From an uncultured Gammaproteobacteria bacterium (lineage in GTDB: Bacteria; Patescibacteriota; Patescibacteriia; Patescibacteriales; UBA12465), in the NCBI GenBank assembly GCA_964522055.1, contig CAZFUP010000002.1, positions 308-46,765 on the forward strand: 46,458 nt of DNA. The letters run 5' to 3'. The notes beneath the pieces are model-generated. The model saw only the letters and a program-made list of their open reading frames with translations, had not been told where the DNA came from and made no database searches. Made by a program: the position numbers and the translations under genes. Below, piece by piece: positions 27,018-35,812 of the stretch (positions are counted from its first letter, which is position 1; every line of letters begins with the position of its first letter).

Positions 27018-28064
27018 TTAATCCCTTTTTTCTTTTTCAGCTTTTTTAAGAGCTGTTATTATCTCCAGTATTTCACCATCTAATAAGCGAGATAAATTAT
27101 GCCAAGAAGTGTTAATGCGATGATCAGTTAATCTATCTTGAGGAAAATTATAGGTTCTAATTTTATCCGATCTATCGCCAGCACCAATTTGATTTTTTCT
27201 AGCACTTGATTCATTTATCATTCTCTCTTCCTCTTTTTTAGCAAAAAGACGAGAACGGAGAACTTGCATAGCTTTTTCTTTATTCTGATGTTGCGATTTT
27301 TGGTCCTGACAAGAAACAGTTATGCCTGTTGGCAAGTGAGTAATGCGGATGGCGGAGTAAGTTGTATTAACGCTTTGTCCACCTGGTCCACTGGAACAAA
27401 AAGTATCAATTCTTATCTCATTAGCTTTTATTTCTATGTCAACTTCTTCTACTTCTGGAAGAACGACTACGGTTGCGGTTGAAGTATGGACTCGTCCTTG
27501 TTTTTCAGTTTCAGGAATGCGCTGGACACGATGTGTTCCAGCTTCAAATTTCAAATAACCATAAGCTGAATCACCATCAATAGAAAAAATTACTTCTTTA
27601 TAACCGCCTATCCCGATAACAGATGCGTCTATTAAGCTTAATTTCCAACCTTGTCGTTCACAAAAACGTGCATACATTCTAAAAAGATCACCGGCAAACA
27701 AAGCAGCTTCGTCGCCTCCAGCTCCGCCTCTTATTTCTATAATAGCGTTCTTTTTGTCATTTGGGTTAGATGGGTTTATTTCTTCACTAATAGCTTCTTT
27801 TAATTCAAGTGCCTTTTTATTTAAAATACCGAGTTCTTCGTTAGCTAAGGTTTTTAATTCATCGTCATTTTCATTTTTTACAATCTCATTATTTTGTTTA
27901 ATATTTTCTTCTGTTTTTTCTAAAATCAAGATCATGTCATTTATTTTTTTTAAATTAGCATGTTCTCTTGAAATTTTTATCATACCGGCCGCATCTTTTA
28001 AAAGATCCGGAGATTGTAATTTTTTCTCTAATTCGCTTAATTTATCTTTTATTTCCTTATACAT
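27018..28064 (-). CDS. prfA: Peptide chain release factor 1
   Basis: PxT tripeptide context HRVQRIPETEKQGRVHTSTATV and GGQ motif SGPGGQSVNTTYSAIRITHLPTG. Confidence 0.95.
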   Translation of the reverse strand: MYKEIKDKLSELEKKLQSPDLLKDAAGMIKISREHANLKKINDMILILEKTEENIKQNNEIVKNENDDELKTLANEELGILNKKALELKEAISEEINPSNPNDKKNAIIEIRGGAGGDEAALFAGDLFRMYARFCERQGWKLSLIDASVIGIGGYKEVIFSIDGDSAYGYLKFEAGTHRVQRIPETEKQGRVHTSTATVVVLPEVEEVDIEIKANEIRIDTFCSSGPGGQSVNTTYSAIRITHLPTGITVSCQDQKSQHQNKEKAMQVLRSRLFAKKEEERMINESSARKNQIGAGDRSDKIRTYNFPQDRLTDHRINTSWHNLSRLLDGEILEIITALKKAEKEKRD

Positions 28065-28152
28065 AGATTAATAGCTAACAAAAAAGCAACTTTATATTAG
28101 TATTATAGCATCAAGATACTACAAAACCAACGTTAGTTGCTTTTTTAAATGT

Positions 28153-28485
28153 TTATTTTTTGTTTAGCTTTACTTGGGCGATTTTTTTGATATCTTTGGT
28201 TTTTACAACCACTTCCTTCTTTGCTCTAGCTTCAGAACGAGCAACGCGCTTCGCCTTTTTTCCTTTCTTATCAAGATTAGAATCTTTAGCTTTTACTTTC
28301 GCTTCAAATTTTTCAACTCGGCGAGCGGTATCAACTAATTTTTGCTTACCTGTATAAAAAGGGTGACAAGCTGAGCAAAGCTCAACTTTAATCTCCGGTT
28401 CGGTTGAGCCGGTTATAAAAGTGTTTCCACAAACGCAACTTACCTTGCAATTCGGGTAATACTTAGGATGGACTTCTTTCTTCAT
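28153..28485 (-). CDS. rpmE: 50S ribosomal protein L31 (Zn-ribbon type) with a ~45-aa Lys-rich C-terminal extension
   Basis: [10 protein letters not shown]...CVCGN...[13 protein letters not shown]...RVEKF, then [48 protein letters not shown]. Confidence 0.9.
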   Translation of the reverse strand: MKKEVHPKYYPNCKVSCVCGNTFITGSTEPEIKVELCSACHPFYTGKQKLVDTARRVEKFEAKVKAKDSNLDKKGKKAKRVARSEARAKKEVVVKTKDIKKIAQVKLNKK

Positions 28486-28731
28486 AAAAATATAAAAATT
28501 TTATTAAGAATAATAAAATTTCAACTACTTAATATCTTTAAATTGTGTTAATATAATGCTATCACAACTTTTAAATTTAAGCAAGAGTAATTTAATTTTT
28601 GGTATTTTTTTAAAAAGAGCTAAATATTAGCTAATTTAAGCTAAGTAAGGCTCTCTTTTCTAAAAATAACTTTACTTAACAGCTTTAAAATAAATTGCTA
28701 TAATAAACAAGACTGTGATTTTTGAAACATT

Positions 28732-30171
28732 ATGCTTAAGATAAATAATATAGCCAGAAATACTTCTTATTTAACTCTGGCTTTAATTTTGCAAAAAATA
28801 ATCTCTTTTACTTATTTTACTCTTCTGGCTAGATACGTTGGGCCTGTTAGTCTTGGTAAATATTATTTTGCTATTTCTTTTACTACAATTTTTGCAATTT
28901 TTATAGATTTAGGTCTGGGCAATGTTTTAATAAGAGAGGTGGCTAAAAAAGCGGATGACGCTGATCGCTGGTTAGCTAATGTTTTAGCATTAAAAATACC
29001 CCTTGCTCTTATTTCCTTAATTGTTGTTTTTATTTTAATTAATGTCTTAGGTTACGACAGTTTAACCAAAAACCTTGTCTATGTTTCCTCTATTTGCATG
29101 GTTTTAGACTCTTTTACTAATACATTTTTTGCTGTTATTAGAGGATTTCATAATTTAAAATATGAAAGTTCCGCTTCTATTATATTTCAGTTAATAGTAT
29201 TAATAGTTGGTTACAGCGCTCTTCTTTTAGGCGGAGGACTTATAATAGCGATGATTGCCTTAGCTTTAGCTAGTAGCTTTAACTTTCTCTATTCTTTATT
29301 AGTACTAAAAAACAAAATAAAAGTAAATATAAAGTTAATTTGGGACACTCCTTTTATTAGAAAGATATTGATTTTAGGCTGGCCTTTTGCCATGTATGCC
29401 ATTTTTCAAAGATTATACACTTATTTAGATTCAGTTCTTTTATCAATTTTGGCCGGTGATTTGCAGGTTGGATTATATCAAGTAGCTTTTAAGATAATTT
29501 TTGCTTTGCAATTTTTACCCATGGCTTTTGTCGCCTCTCTTTATCCAGCTATGAGTACTTATTGGCAAAATAACCGCGAGCAATTAGTGGTTTCTTTTAC
29601 TCGGGCTTTAAATTATTTAATTATTATTTCTTTGCCTATTATTGTTGGAACAGTTATTTTAGGTAATAAGATTATATTATTATTTAAAGATGGATATGGC
29701 GAAGCTCTTTGGCCGCTAAGGGTATCAATTATAGCCCTTTTCTTTATTTTTATTAACTTTCCTATTGGATCACTGCTTAATGCTTGTGATAGACAAAAGA
29801 AAAACACCTTAAACATGGGAATAGTAATGATAGTTAGTTTAATTTTAAATCTTTTGCTCATTCCACACTGGCAAGCGCTAGGAGCTAGTATTACCGTTTT
29901 AATAACCAATGCTTTAATGACTATTCTTGGTTTTATTTGGGTAAAACAAATTATTCCTTATCATTTTAAACACAATTTTTCTATTTTTCTAAAAGTTATT
30001 TTTTCATCCCTTATTATGGGTCTAATTATTTTTTTAGGAAAAAACTATATAAATATTTTTATAATCACTTTTTTAGGCGCTATTGTTTATTTCCTTTCTC
30101 TATTTGCTTTCCGCGCTTTAAAAATTGAAGATATAAAAAGTATTATTAAATCTTTTAAACTAAAATCTTAA
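28732..30171 (+). CDS. Polysaccharide/oligosaccharide flippase (Wzx, MOP superfamily)
   Basis: 479 aa, about 12-14 TM segments, and the N-terminal pattern typical of Wzx-like exporters. Heads a glycan gene cluster. Confidence 0.75.
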   Translation: MLKINNIARNTSYLTLALILQKIISFTYFTLLARYVGPVSLGKYYFAISFTTIFAIFIDLGLGNVLIREVAKKADDADRWLANVLALKIPLALISLIVVFILINVLGYDSLTKNLVYVSSICMVLDSFTNTFFAVIRGFHNLKYESSASIIFQLIVLIVGYSALLLGGGLIIAMIALALASSFNFLYSLLVLKNKIKVNIKLIWDTPFIRKILILGWPFAMYAIFQRLYTYLDSVLLSILAGDLQVGLYQVAFKIIFALQFLPMAFVASLYPAMSTYWQNNREQLVVSFTRALNYLIIISLPIIVGTVILGNKIILLFKDGYGEALWPLRVSIIALFFIFINFPIGSLLNACDRQKKNTLNMGIVMIVSLILNLLLIPHWQALGASITVLITNALMTILGFIWVKQIIPYHFKHNFSIFLKVIFSSLIMGLIIFLGKNYINIFIITFLGAIVYFLSLFAFRALKIEDIKSIIKSFKLKS

Positions 30172-30181
30172 ATCTCAAATT

Positions 30182-31264
30182 ATGAAGACTTTGCTATTTA
30201 CCTTAGAATATCCTCCTTTTAACGGCGGAGTTGCTAATTATTACGGCAACATGGCTAAGTATTGGCCAATTGATGAAAAATTATTAGTTTTAGATAATAG
30301 CAAGGGGAAATTATTGGATGGTAATTACTGTTGTGCTTGGCTTAAGGCGATAAATGTTTTAAGAAGAAAGATAAAACAGAGTAAGATAGATTATGTTTTA
30401 GTAGGTCAAATTTTGCCACTTGGGACAGCTGCTTTTATTGCCTCTTTGTTTAATAATTTTAAATACGCAGTTTTTTTTCATGGCATGGATATGCCACTAA
30501 CTCTTAATAAATCGCACAAGAAATTAATAACTAAATTTATTATAAAAAGAGCGGATAAAATTATTTGTGCCAATAGTTACGTTGAAGCTAAAATCTTAGA
30601 ATTTTATAAAGAAGCAACAGGAAAAACAGGGGTTTTTAATCCAGCCATAGAAAATGTTTCTTTAGTGGTAAGTGAAAGAGAAAAAGAGGAACTAAGAGAG
30701 AAGTATGAATTAAAAGGAAAGAAGGTTTTATTTAGTTTAGGACGGCTAGTTGAACGCAAGGGTTTTGATAAGGTTATCGAAGCTTTAATAAGTCTTAATC
30801 GGGAAGAAAGGAAAAATCTAATTTATTTTATCGCCGGAAAGGGCCCGGAAGAAAATAATTTATTAAAGATGGTTCCACTTGAACTGGCTAGAAAAATAAA
30901 CTTTTTAGGAGCTATATCAGAAACAGAAAAATGGAAATGGCTTAACTTAGCAGATATCTTTATCATGCCTTCACGAGATATTGCTGGCGATTTTGAAGGA
31001 TTTGGCATTGTATATTTAGAAGCTGCTCTTTGCGGCAAGCCAGTTATCGCTGGAAATTCAGGGGGAATAAAAGATGCTGTTTTGTCTGAAAAAACAGGCC
31101 TATTAGTTGATCCAGAAAATATAGAAGAGATAAAAAATGCTATAAAAAAATTAGTTAGTGATGATAAATTGCGTCATGATCTTGGAGAAAATGGTCGTTT
31201 ACGCGCCAAAAATGATTTTAATTGGGAAAAGAGAGCTAAAGAAATTCTTGATTTTATAAAATAA
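30182..31264 (+). CDS. Glycosyltransferase, GT4/GT-B family
   Basis: PSRDIAGDFEGFGIVYLEAALCGKPVIAGNSGGIKDAV. Confidence 0.85.
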   Translation: MKTLLFTLEYPPFNGGVANYYGNMAKYWPIDEKLLVLDNSKGKLLDGNYCCAWLKAINVLRRKIKQSKIDYVLVGQILPLGTAAFIASLFNNFKYAVFFHGMDMPLTLNKSHKKLITKFIIKRADKIICANSYVEAKILEFYKEATGKTGVFNPAIENVSLVVSEREKEELREKYELKGKKVLFSLGRLVERKGFDKVIEALISLNREERKNLIYFIAGKGPEENNLLKMVPLELARKINFLGAISETEKWKWLNLADIFIMPSRDIAGDFEGFGIVYLEAALCGKPVIAGNSGGIKDAVLSEKTGLLVDPENIEEIKNAIKKLVSDDKLRHDLGENGRLRAKNDFNWEKRAKEILDFIK

Positions 31265-31274
31265 AAATAAGCTT

Positions 31275-31985
31275 ATGATATCTGTAATAATTCCGGTTTA
31301 TAACGGAGTAGAAAAACTTTTAAAAACAATAGACAGTTTGGAAAAACAAAGCTATCGTGATTTAGAGGTTATAATCGTAAATGACGGATCAGCCGATGAT
31401 GTAGAAAGTATCTGTGCCAAATATTTAAAAAGTATATCAAATCAAGGAAGTAAAGATATAAGTTATTTATTTTTAAATCAAAATCATGCTGGTGCTCCAG
31501 CGGCTCGTAATCGAGGAAAAAGGGAAGCTAGGGGGGAATATCTTTTTTTCTGTGATGACGATGCTATTTTAAAACCAGATGCTTTGGCTATTTTAGAACA
31601 AGCCCTAATAGACAATCCTCAAGCTAGTTATGCCTATTCTTCTTTTTATTGGGGTAAAAAATTATTTAAATTACATGATTTTGACGCTGAAAAGTTAAAG
31701 AGAGAACCATATATTCACACCATGTCTCTTATTAAAACTAGCGATTATCCAGATTCTGGTTGGGATGAAAGTATAAAGAAATTTCAAGATTGGGATTTAT
31801 GGTTAACAATGCTTGAAGAGGGAAAAACTGGAATATTTATAAATCAAGTGTTGTTTACAATTTCTCCTGGTGGTGCTATGAGCTCTTGGGTACCATCTTT
31901 TACTTATAAGTTATTACCTTTTCTGCCCGTGGTGAGAAAATACAAAAAAGCCTTGCAAATTATAAAAGATAAACATGGATTATAG
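31275..31985 (+). CDS. Glycosyltransferase family 2
   Basis: ISVIIPVYNGVEKLLKTIDSLEKQSYRDLEVIIVNDGS and DDDA (DxD). Confidence 0.85.
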   Translation: MISVIIPVYNGVEKLLKTIDSLEKQSYRDLEVIIVNDGSADDVESICAKYLKSISNQGSKDISYLFLNQNHAGAPAARNRGKREARGEYLFFCDDDAILKPDALAILEQALIDNPQASYAYSSFYWGKKLFKLHDFDAEKLKREPYIHTMSLIKTSDYPDSGWDESIKKFQDWDLWLTMLEEGKTGIFINQVLFTISPGGAMSSWVPSFTYKLLPFLPVVRKYKKALQIIKDKHGL

Positions 31986-32445
31986 AAAAAAAAGAAAAAT
32001 TATTATCGTCTTATTTTTTATTCTATTTTTGTCTATTTTTTTATTTTTTGAAATAAAAAATAATTTAAATCAGAAGGAGGAAATAAAAAAAATAGTAATT
32101 AATGAGAAGATTATAAATATTGAGCTCGCTAAGAGCCCGCTAGAACATTACATTGGCTTAAGCGGGCGAGAAGAACTTTGTGATAATTGCGGACTTCTTT
32201 TTATTTTTCCTGATTTAGAAACGCGTCAGTTCGTAATGCGTAACATGAAGTTTCCTTTAGACATTATTTTTATTAAAAATAATACTATTGTCGAAATTTT
32301 AGAAAATTTAGAACCAGAAGGGGATAGTCCTAAAAAAATATATTCAAGTAATAGCCCAGTTAACAACGTTTTAGAAATAAATGCTGGGATAAGCAAGCAA
32401 TATGGGCTTGAAATAGGACAGAAAGTTTATTTTTCAAATAAATAA
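31975..32445 (+). CDS. DUF192-family protein with an N-terminal membrane anchor
   Basis: LEHYIGLSGREEL...GLLFIFP...FVMRNMKFPLDIIFI...VLEINAG matches my memory of DUF192/COG1430. Confidence 0.65.
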   Translation: MDYRKKRKIIIVLFFILFLSIFLFFEIKNNLNQKEEIKKIVINEKIINIELAKSPLEHYIGLSGREELCDNCGLLFIFPDLETRQFVMRNMKFPLDIIFIKNNTIVEILENLEPEGDSPKKIYSSNSPVNNVLEINAGISKQYGLEIGQKVYFSNK

Positions 32446-32454
32446 CTAAATTAT

Positions 32455-33960
32455 ATGGATGAAAATAAAAAAAATAATAAGTTAAACATTAATCCCGGAT
32501 TTTTATATCTTAGTTTTTTTATTTTTATAGAAATCTCTTCTTATTTTTCGTTATTTAATCCAGTTTTTAATAAGATATTTTTTATAGCCCTTGTTTTTGG
32601 CTTATTTATATTAACTCTTTACAAGCTTGAATATGGTTTACTAGCCGTGGTTAGCGAATTGCTTATCGGGTCAATGGGGCGTTTATTTTCTTTAGAAATA
32701 AGTGGCTTTTCTCTAAGTATTCGCATGGCTTTTTGGCTAGTTTTTCTATTTGTTTTTATTGGAAAATTTATTGTAAATTTGCGCCAGGAAGGTTTAAAGG
32801 GGAAATACTTACAAGCGATAAAAGATTTTCATTTTCTTAAATATTTTTTAGTTTTAGCTATTTTTATAATTCTTGGAATAATAAACGCTACCTTTAAGGG
32901 GAATTCTTGGAATTTAGTCTTTAGTGATTTTAATGGTTGGCTTTATTTTCTACTTCTTTTTCCAACCATAATTGTCTGCACTTTAGAAAAGGAAAAAAGT
33001 TTAAAAAATATAAAGATACTATTTTTTATTTCTTTTCTCTGGCTAAGCCTTAAAACTTTCTTATTATTATATGTTTTTACCCACAGTTTAAGTTTCTCCT
33101 CAGAAGTATATTTCTGGTTGCGTAAAACTTTAGTTGGCGAAATGACAAATACCTTATCTGGCTGGCCACGTATTTTTATCCAAGGACAAATTTTTGCTGC
33201 CGCCGGACTATTCTTTTCTTTTTGGCAAAATTTTAAAATAAAAAAGAATGATTATTTAAAAAAAACAATTAATTTTCTATTAGCCTCTCTTTTTGCTGGT
33301 GTTTTATTAATTAGTTTTTCTAGAAGTTTTTGGCTAGCTTTAATTTTAGTCCTAGCTTTTATTATTATTTTATCTATTAAGCTTTACTCTTGGAAAAAAA
33401 TGTTTCTAGCTGCCTTATGGACAGGCTTAGTTTTTGCCGGCGCTTTTAGTCTTCTTTATTTAACAACTGTAATTCCTTGGCCTCGCTCTGGAAACTTTAA
33501 TGTTGATTTTGCTAGTCGGGTTAATGTAAGTGATAAAAACGAAGCGGCTATTTCTTCACGTTGGTCGCTTTTGCCAGCTTTGATGAAGGAAATATCACAA
33601 GAACCATTTTTTGGACAAGGATATGGCGCAACTGTTACTTATCTCTCACAAGATCCAAGGGTATTAGAAAATAATCCCAGCGGCCTCTATACTACCTACG
33701 CCTTTGAATGGGGTTATCTTGATATTTGGCTTAAGTTGGGAATAGGTGGAATAATAGCCTATCTATTATTACTTTTCTTTTTAATAAAAGAATCAATAAT
33801 TTTAGGATTAAAGAAAAATAATCCCATTCTTTTAAGTATCGCTAGTATCTTACTTTTTTTGTTAATTGTTAATTTTTTTACCCCATATTTAAATCATCCC
33901 CTGGGAATAGGGACAATTATAATCGTCTCTTGTCTTATCAATAAATATAGGGTATATTAG
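32455..33960 (+). CDS. O-antigen ligase/polymerase-like (Wzy_C) polytopic membrane protein
   Basis: More than 10 TM segments. SRSFWLALILVLAFIII and a periplasmic loop with FFGQGYGATV. Confidence 0.7.
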   Translation: MDENKKNNKLNINPGFLYLSFFIFIEISSYFSLFNPVFNKIFFIALVFGLFILTLYKLEYGLLAVVSELLIGSMGRLFSLEISGFSLSIRMAFWLVFLFVFIGKFIVNLRQEGLKGKYLQAIKDFHFLKYFLVLAIFIILGIINATFKGNSWNLVFSDFNGWLYFLLLFPTIIVCTLEKEKSLKNIKILFFISFLWLSLKTFLLLYVFTHSLSFSSEVYFWLRKTLVGEMTNTLSGWPRIFIQGQIFAAAGLFFSFWQNFKIKKNDYLKKTINFLLASLFAGVLLISFSRSFWLALILVLAFIIILSIKLYSWKKMFLAALWTGLVFAGAFSLLYLTTVIPWPRSGNFNVDFASRVNVSDKNEAAISSRWSLLPALMKEISQEPFFGQGYGATVTYLSQDPRVLENNPSGLYTTYAFEWGYLDIWLKLGIGGIIAYLLLLFFLIKESIILGLKKNNPILLSIASILLFLLIVNFFTPYLNHPLGIGTIIIVSCLINKYRVY

Positions 33961-33993
33961 TCATTAATTATTCTTAAAAGAAAATAAAAAAGT

Positions 33994-34452
33994 ATGAATG
34001 AACAAATTATTTCCCAAGAGGGATACGATAAATTAAGAGACGAAATGATTTTTCTAAGCACAGTTAAAAGAAAAGAGATTGCGGAAAGAATAGAAAGAGC
34101 TAAAGAATTAGGAGATTTAAGTGAAAATGCTGAATACAGTGAAGCAAAAGATGCTCAAGCTTTAAATGAAGGTAGAATTTTAGAGCTAACCAATACTTTA
34201 AAAAATGTTACGGTTGTTCAAAGTGAAAAATCAAGAGATAAAGTAGTAATGGGTTCAAAGATAACTGTAAAAACGGACAAAAACGAAAAACAATATACTA
34301 TTGTTAGTTTCAATGAAGCAGATCCTTTAAATGGGAAAATATCTAATGAATCTCCTTTGGGTGTAGCTTTTCTGGAAAGAAAAAAGGGGGATAGTGTTGA
34401 AGTAGAGACGCCACGCGGAATAGTTAAGTATAAAATACTTAAGATAGAATAA
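33994..34452 (+). CDS. greA: Transcription elongation factor GreA
   Basis: Canonical coiled-coil tip ELGDLSENAEYSEAKD and C-terminal domain ISNESPLGVAFLERKKGDSVEV. Confidence 0.92.
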   Translation: MNEQIISQEGYDKLRDEMIFLSTVKRKEIAERIERAKELGDLSENAEYSEAKDAQALNEGRILELTNTLKNVTVVQSEKSRDKVVMGSKITVKTDKNEKQYTIVSFNEADPLNGKISNESPLGVAFLERKKGDSVEVETPRGIVKYKILKIE

Positions 34453-34453
34453 T

Positions 34454-34900
34454 ATGAGGCTTTGGAGCCTTGATCCTAAACATCTTGATCGCCAAGGATT
34501 AATTGCTCTTTGGCGAGAAGGGTTATTGGCTAAAAATGTTTTAGCAGGGAAGACTAAAGGTTATAAAAATCATCCGCAACTTGAACGTTTTAAAGAAGCA
34601 AAAAATCCACTTGAATATATTAACTCTTATCTATACTCTGTTTATCAGGAAGCTAAAAAACGTGGTTATAATTTTTCTCTTGATAAGCTAGAGAAAGTCC
34701 AAACAGATTTACAGAAAATAACTATAAACGAAGACCAACTGCTTTATGAATTCAAACATTTGCTAAATAAATTAAAAATAAGAGATGTAGATAAATATAA
34801 GGAAATACTTAATCTAAAAAAGATAAAAACACATGAACTATTTAGAAAGATAAAAGGACCTATTGAAAAATGGGAAAGAATAATTAATAATAAGAAATAG
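34454..34900 (+). CDS. Pyrimidine-dimer DNA glycosylase/AP lyase-like protein (T4 endonuclease V / Pyr_excise family)
   Basis: MRLWSLDPKHLDRQGLIALWREGLLAKNVLAGKTKGYKNHPQLERF is the conserved N-terminus of bacterial DenV-like proteins. It starts 2 nt after the greA stop. Confidence 0.7.
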   Translation: MRLWSLDPKHLDRQGLIALWREGLLAKNVLAGKTKGYKNHPQLERFKEAKNPLEYINSYLYSVYQEAKKRGYNFSLDKLEKVQTDLQKITINEDQLLYEFKHLLNKLKIRDVDKYKEILNLKKIKTHELFRKIKGPIEKWERIINNKK

Positions 34901-34904
34901 TTTT

Positions 34905-34978
34905 TCGGGGATCGTCTAATGGTAGGACTCCAGGTTCTGGTCCTGGCTATCTGGGTTCGAATCCTAGTCCCCGAGCCA
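34905..34978 (+). tRNA. tRNA-Gln (anticodon CTG), CCA encoded
   Basis: TCGGGGA / GTCT-AATGGTA-GGAC / CCAGG-TTCTGGT-CCTGG / CTAT / CTGGG-TTCGAAT-CCTAG / TCCCCGA-G-CCA. It has the U1-A72 pair typical of bacterial tRNA-Gln. Confidence 0.9.
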
Positions 34979-34989
34979 ACGTAGATTAA

Positions 34990-35013
34990 GCGAGGTTAAA
35001 GCCTCGTTTTTTC
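34990..35013 (+). terminator. Rho-independent terminator after tRNA-Gln
   Basis: cgagg-ttaaag-cctcg followed by T6. Confidence 0.65.
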
Positions 35014-35036
35014 TTTTATTTTCGCCAAAATATGTC

Positions 35037-35050
35037 GGTTCGAACCTAGT
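35037..35050. repeat. tRNA-Gln T-arm-like fragment, copy 1 (GGTTCGAACCTAGT)
   Basis: Matches tRNA-Gln 34954-34968 (GGTTCGAATCCTAGT) with a 1-nt deletion. The core GGTTCGAACC is a palindrome. Confidence 0.45.
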
Positions 35051-35139
35051 GATTTCAGCGTTAAATTTTTCAACGTTATTTCGGAGCGGAATAAGCCAAT
35101 TATGATAAGAAATGCTAATGTTTTTGCCAATTATTCTTT

Positions 35140-35151
35140 GGTTCGAACCTA
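35140..35151. repeat. tRNA-Gln T-arm-like fragment, copy 2 (GGTTCGAACCTA)
   Basis: The same 12-mer as at 35037-35048, 103 nt away. Confidence 0.45.
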
Positions 35152-35220
35152 ACTTCTTAATGATGTTATTTCGTGTTTCCTTGCCGCCTTTATCAAACTC
35201 CTTTCGAGCTCGAGCACAGA

Positions 35221-35252
35221 AAATAAAAAACCGTTCACTCAATTGTGAACGG
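35221..35252 (-). terminator. Rho-independent terminator of the minus-strand Gre-like/kinase operon
   Basis: Minus strand reads ccgttcac-aattga-gtgaacgg followed by TTTTTTATTT, about 25 nt downstream of the stop at 35278. Confidence 0.8.
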
Positions 35253-35277
35253 CTATTTTGTTGTTTGTTCCAGAAAT

Positions 35278-35811
35278 TTATAAATAAATTTTCTGTAGCA
35301 ATTTTTCTACTGACTCTTCGACCTTGAGACCGCTGGTGTCAAAAAATTCCAAGGGAAATTTAGCAAACTCTTGAAAAACATTTTCTTGACAATTAAAGTC
35401 GGTATCAAAGGCGCCAAGATTTTTTCTTTGCCCTATTCTTCTGATTACTTCTTCTTTTTCTGCGTAAAGACAAAAAGCGTAATCGGCTTGAATGACGGTT
35501 TTAATCAGGTCGCCCGAAATAGCAATTCCTAGAGCGCGGTGATAAGCGATTGTTGAATAAATGTATCTATCACAGACAACATGGTTATGCTTTAAAATTT
35601 CTACTATTTCGTTGGCGGCATAAATAGTGCCGCTTAAATAATAGTAGAATCTTAGATTGTAATCTTTTGTTTTTTCAATCGACTCCCGTAAATTTTCAAA
35701 AATTTTTGGAGGCGTCTTATAGTAGATTCCACCTATTTTTTTTGCCAGTTCAATTGCACAAGAACTCTTTCCTGATCCGTCACACCCCTCAAAAACAATT
35801 AATTTTTTCAT
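35278..35811 (-). CDS. Thymidylate-kinase-family P-loop nucleotide kinase (dTMP kinase-like)
   Basis: The likely start is ATG 35811 (MKKLIVFEGCDGSGKS...), 1 nt after the upstream stop. The tracked longer ORF overlaps the upstream gene. P-loop FEGCDGSGKS, DRYIYSTIAYH (DR[YH] motif plus AYQ-like), and a lid-like RRIGQRK. Confidence 0.75.
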   Translation of the reverse strand: MKKLIVFEGCDGSGKSSCAIELAKKIGGIYYKTPPKIFENLRESIEKTKDYNLRFYYYLSGTIYAANEIVEILKHNHVVCDRYIYSTIAYHRALGIAISGDLIKTVIQADYAFCLYAEKEEVIRRIGQRKNLGAFDTDFNCQENVFQEFAKFPLEFFDTSGLKVEESVEKLLQKIYL

Positions 35812-35812
35812 T

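Noticed and set aside
28486-28731. Possible structured RNA in the 246-bp rpmE/flippase divergent intergenic region.
   Set aside because: It contains only AT-rich sequence with promoter-like TATAAT boxes (including TGCTATAAT at about 28696) and weak, short hairpins. I could not match it to any conserved RNA motif.
34964-35242. 92-aa minus-strand ORF in the spacer after tRNA-Gln.
   Set aside because: Its only Met codon lies inside the stem of the minus-strand terminator (35221-35252). Its 3' end overlaps the tRNA-Gln gene, and it has no recognisable motifs. At best it is a decayed gene fragment, so it is not called as a CDS.
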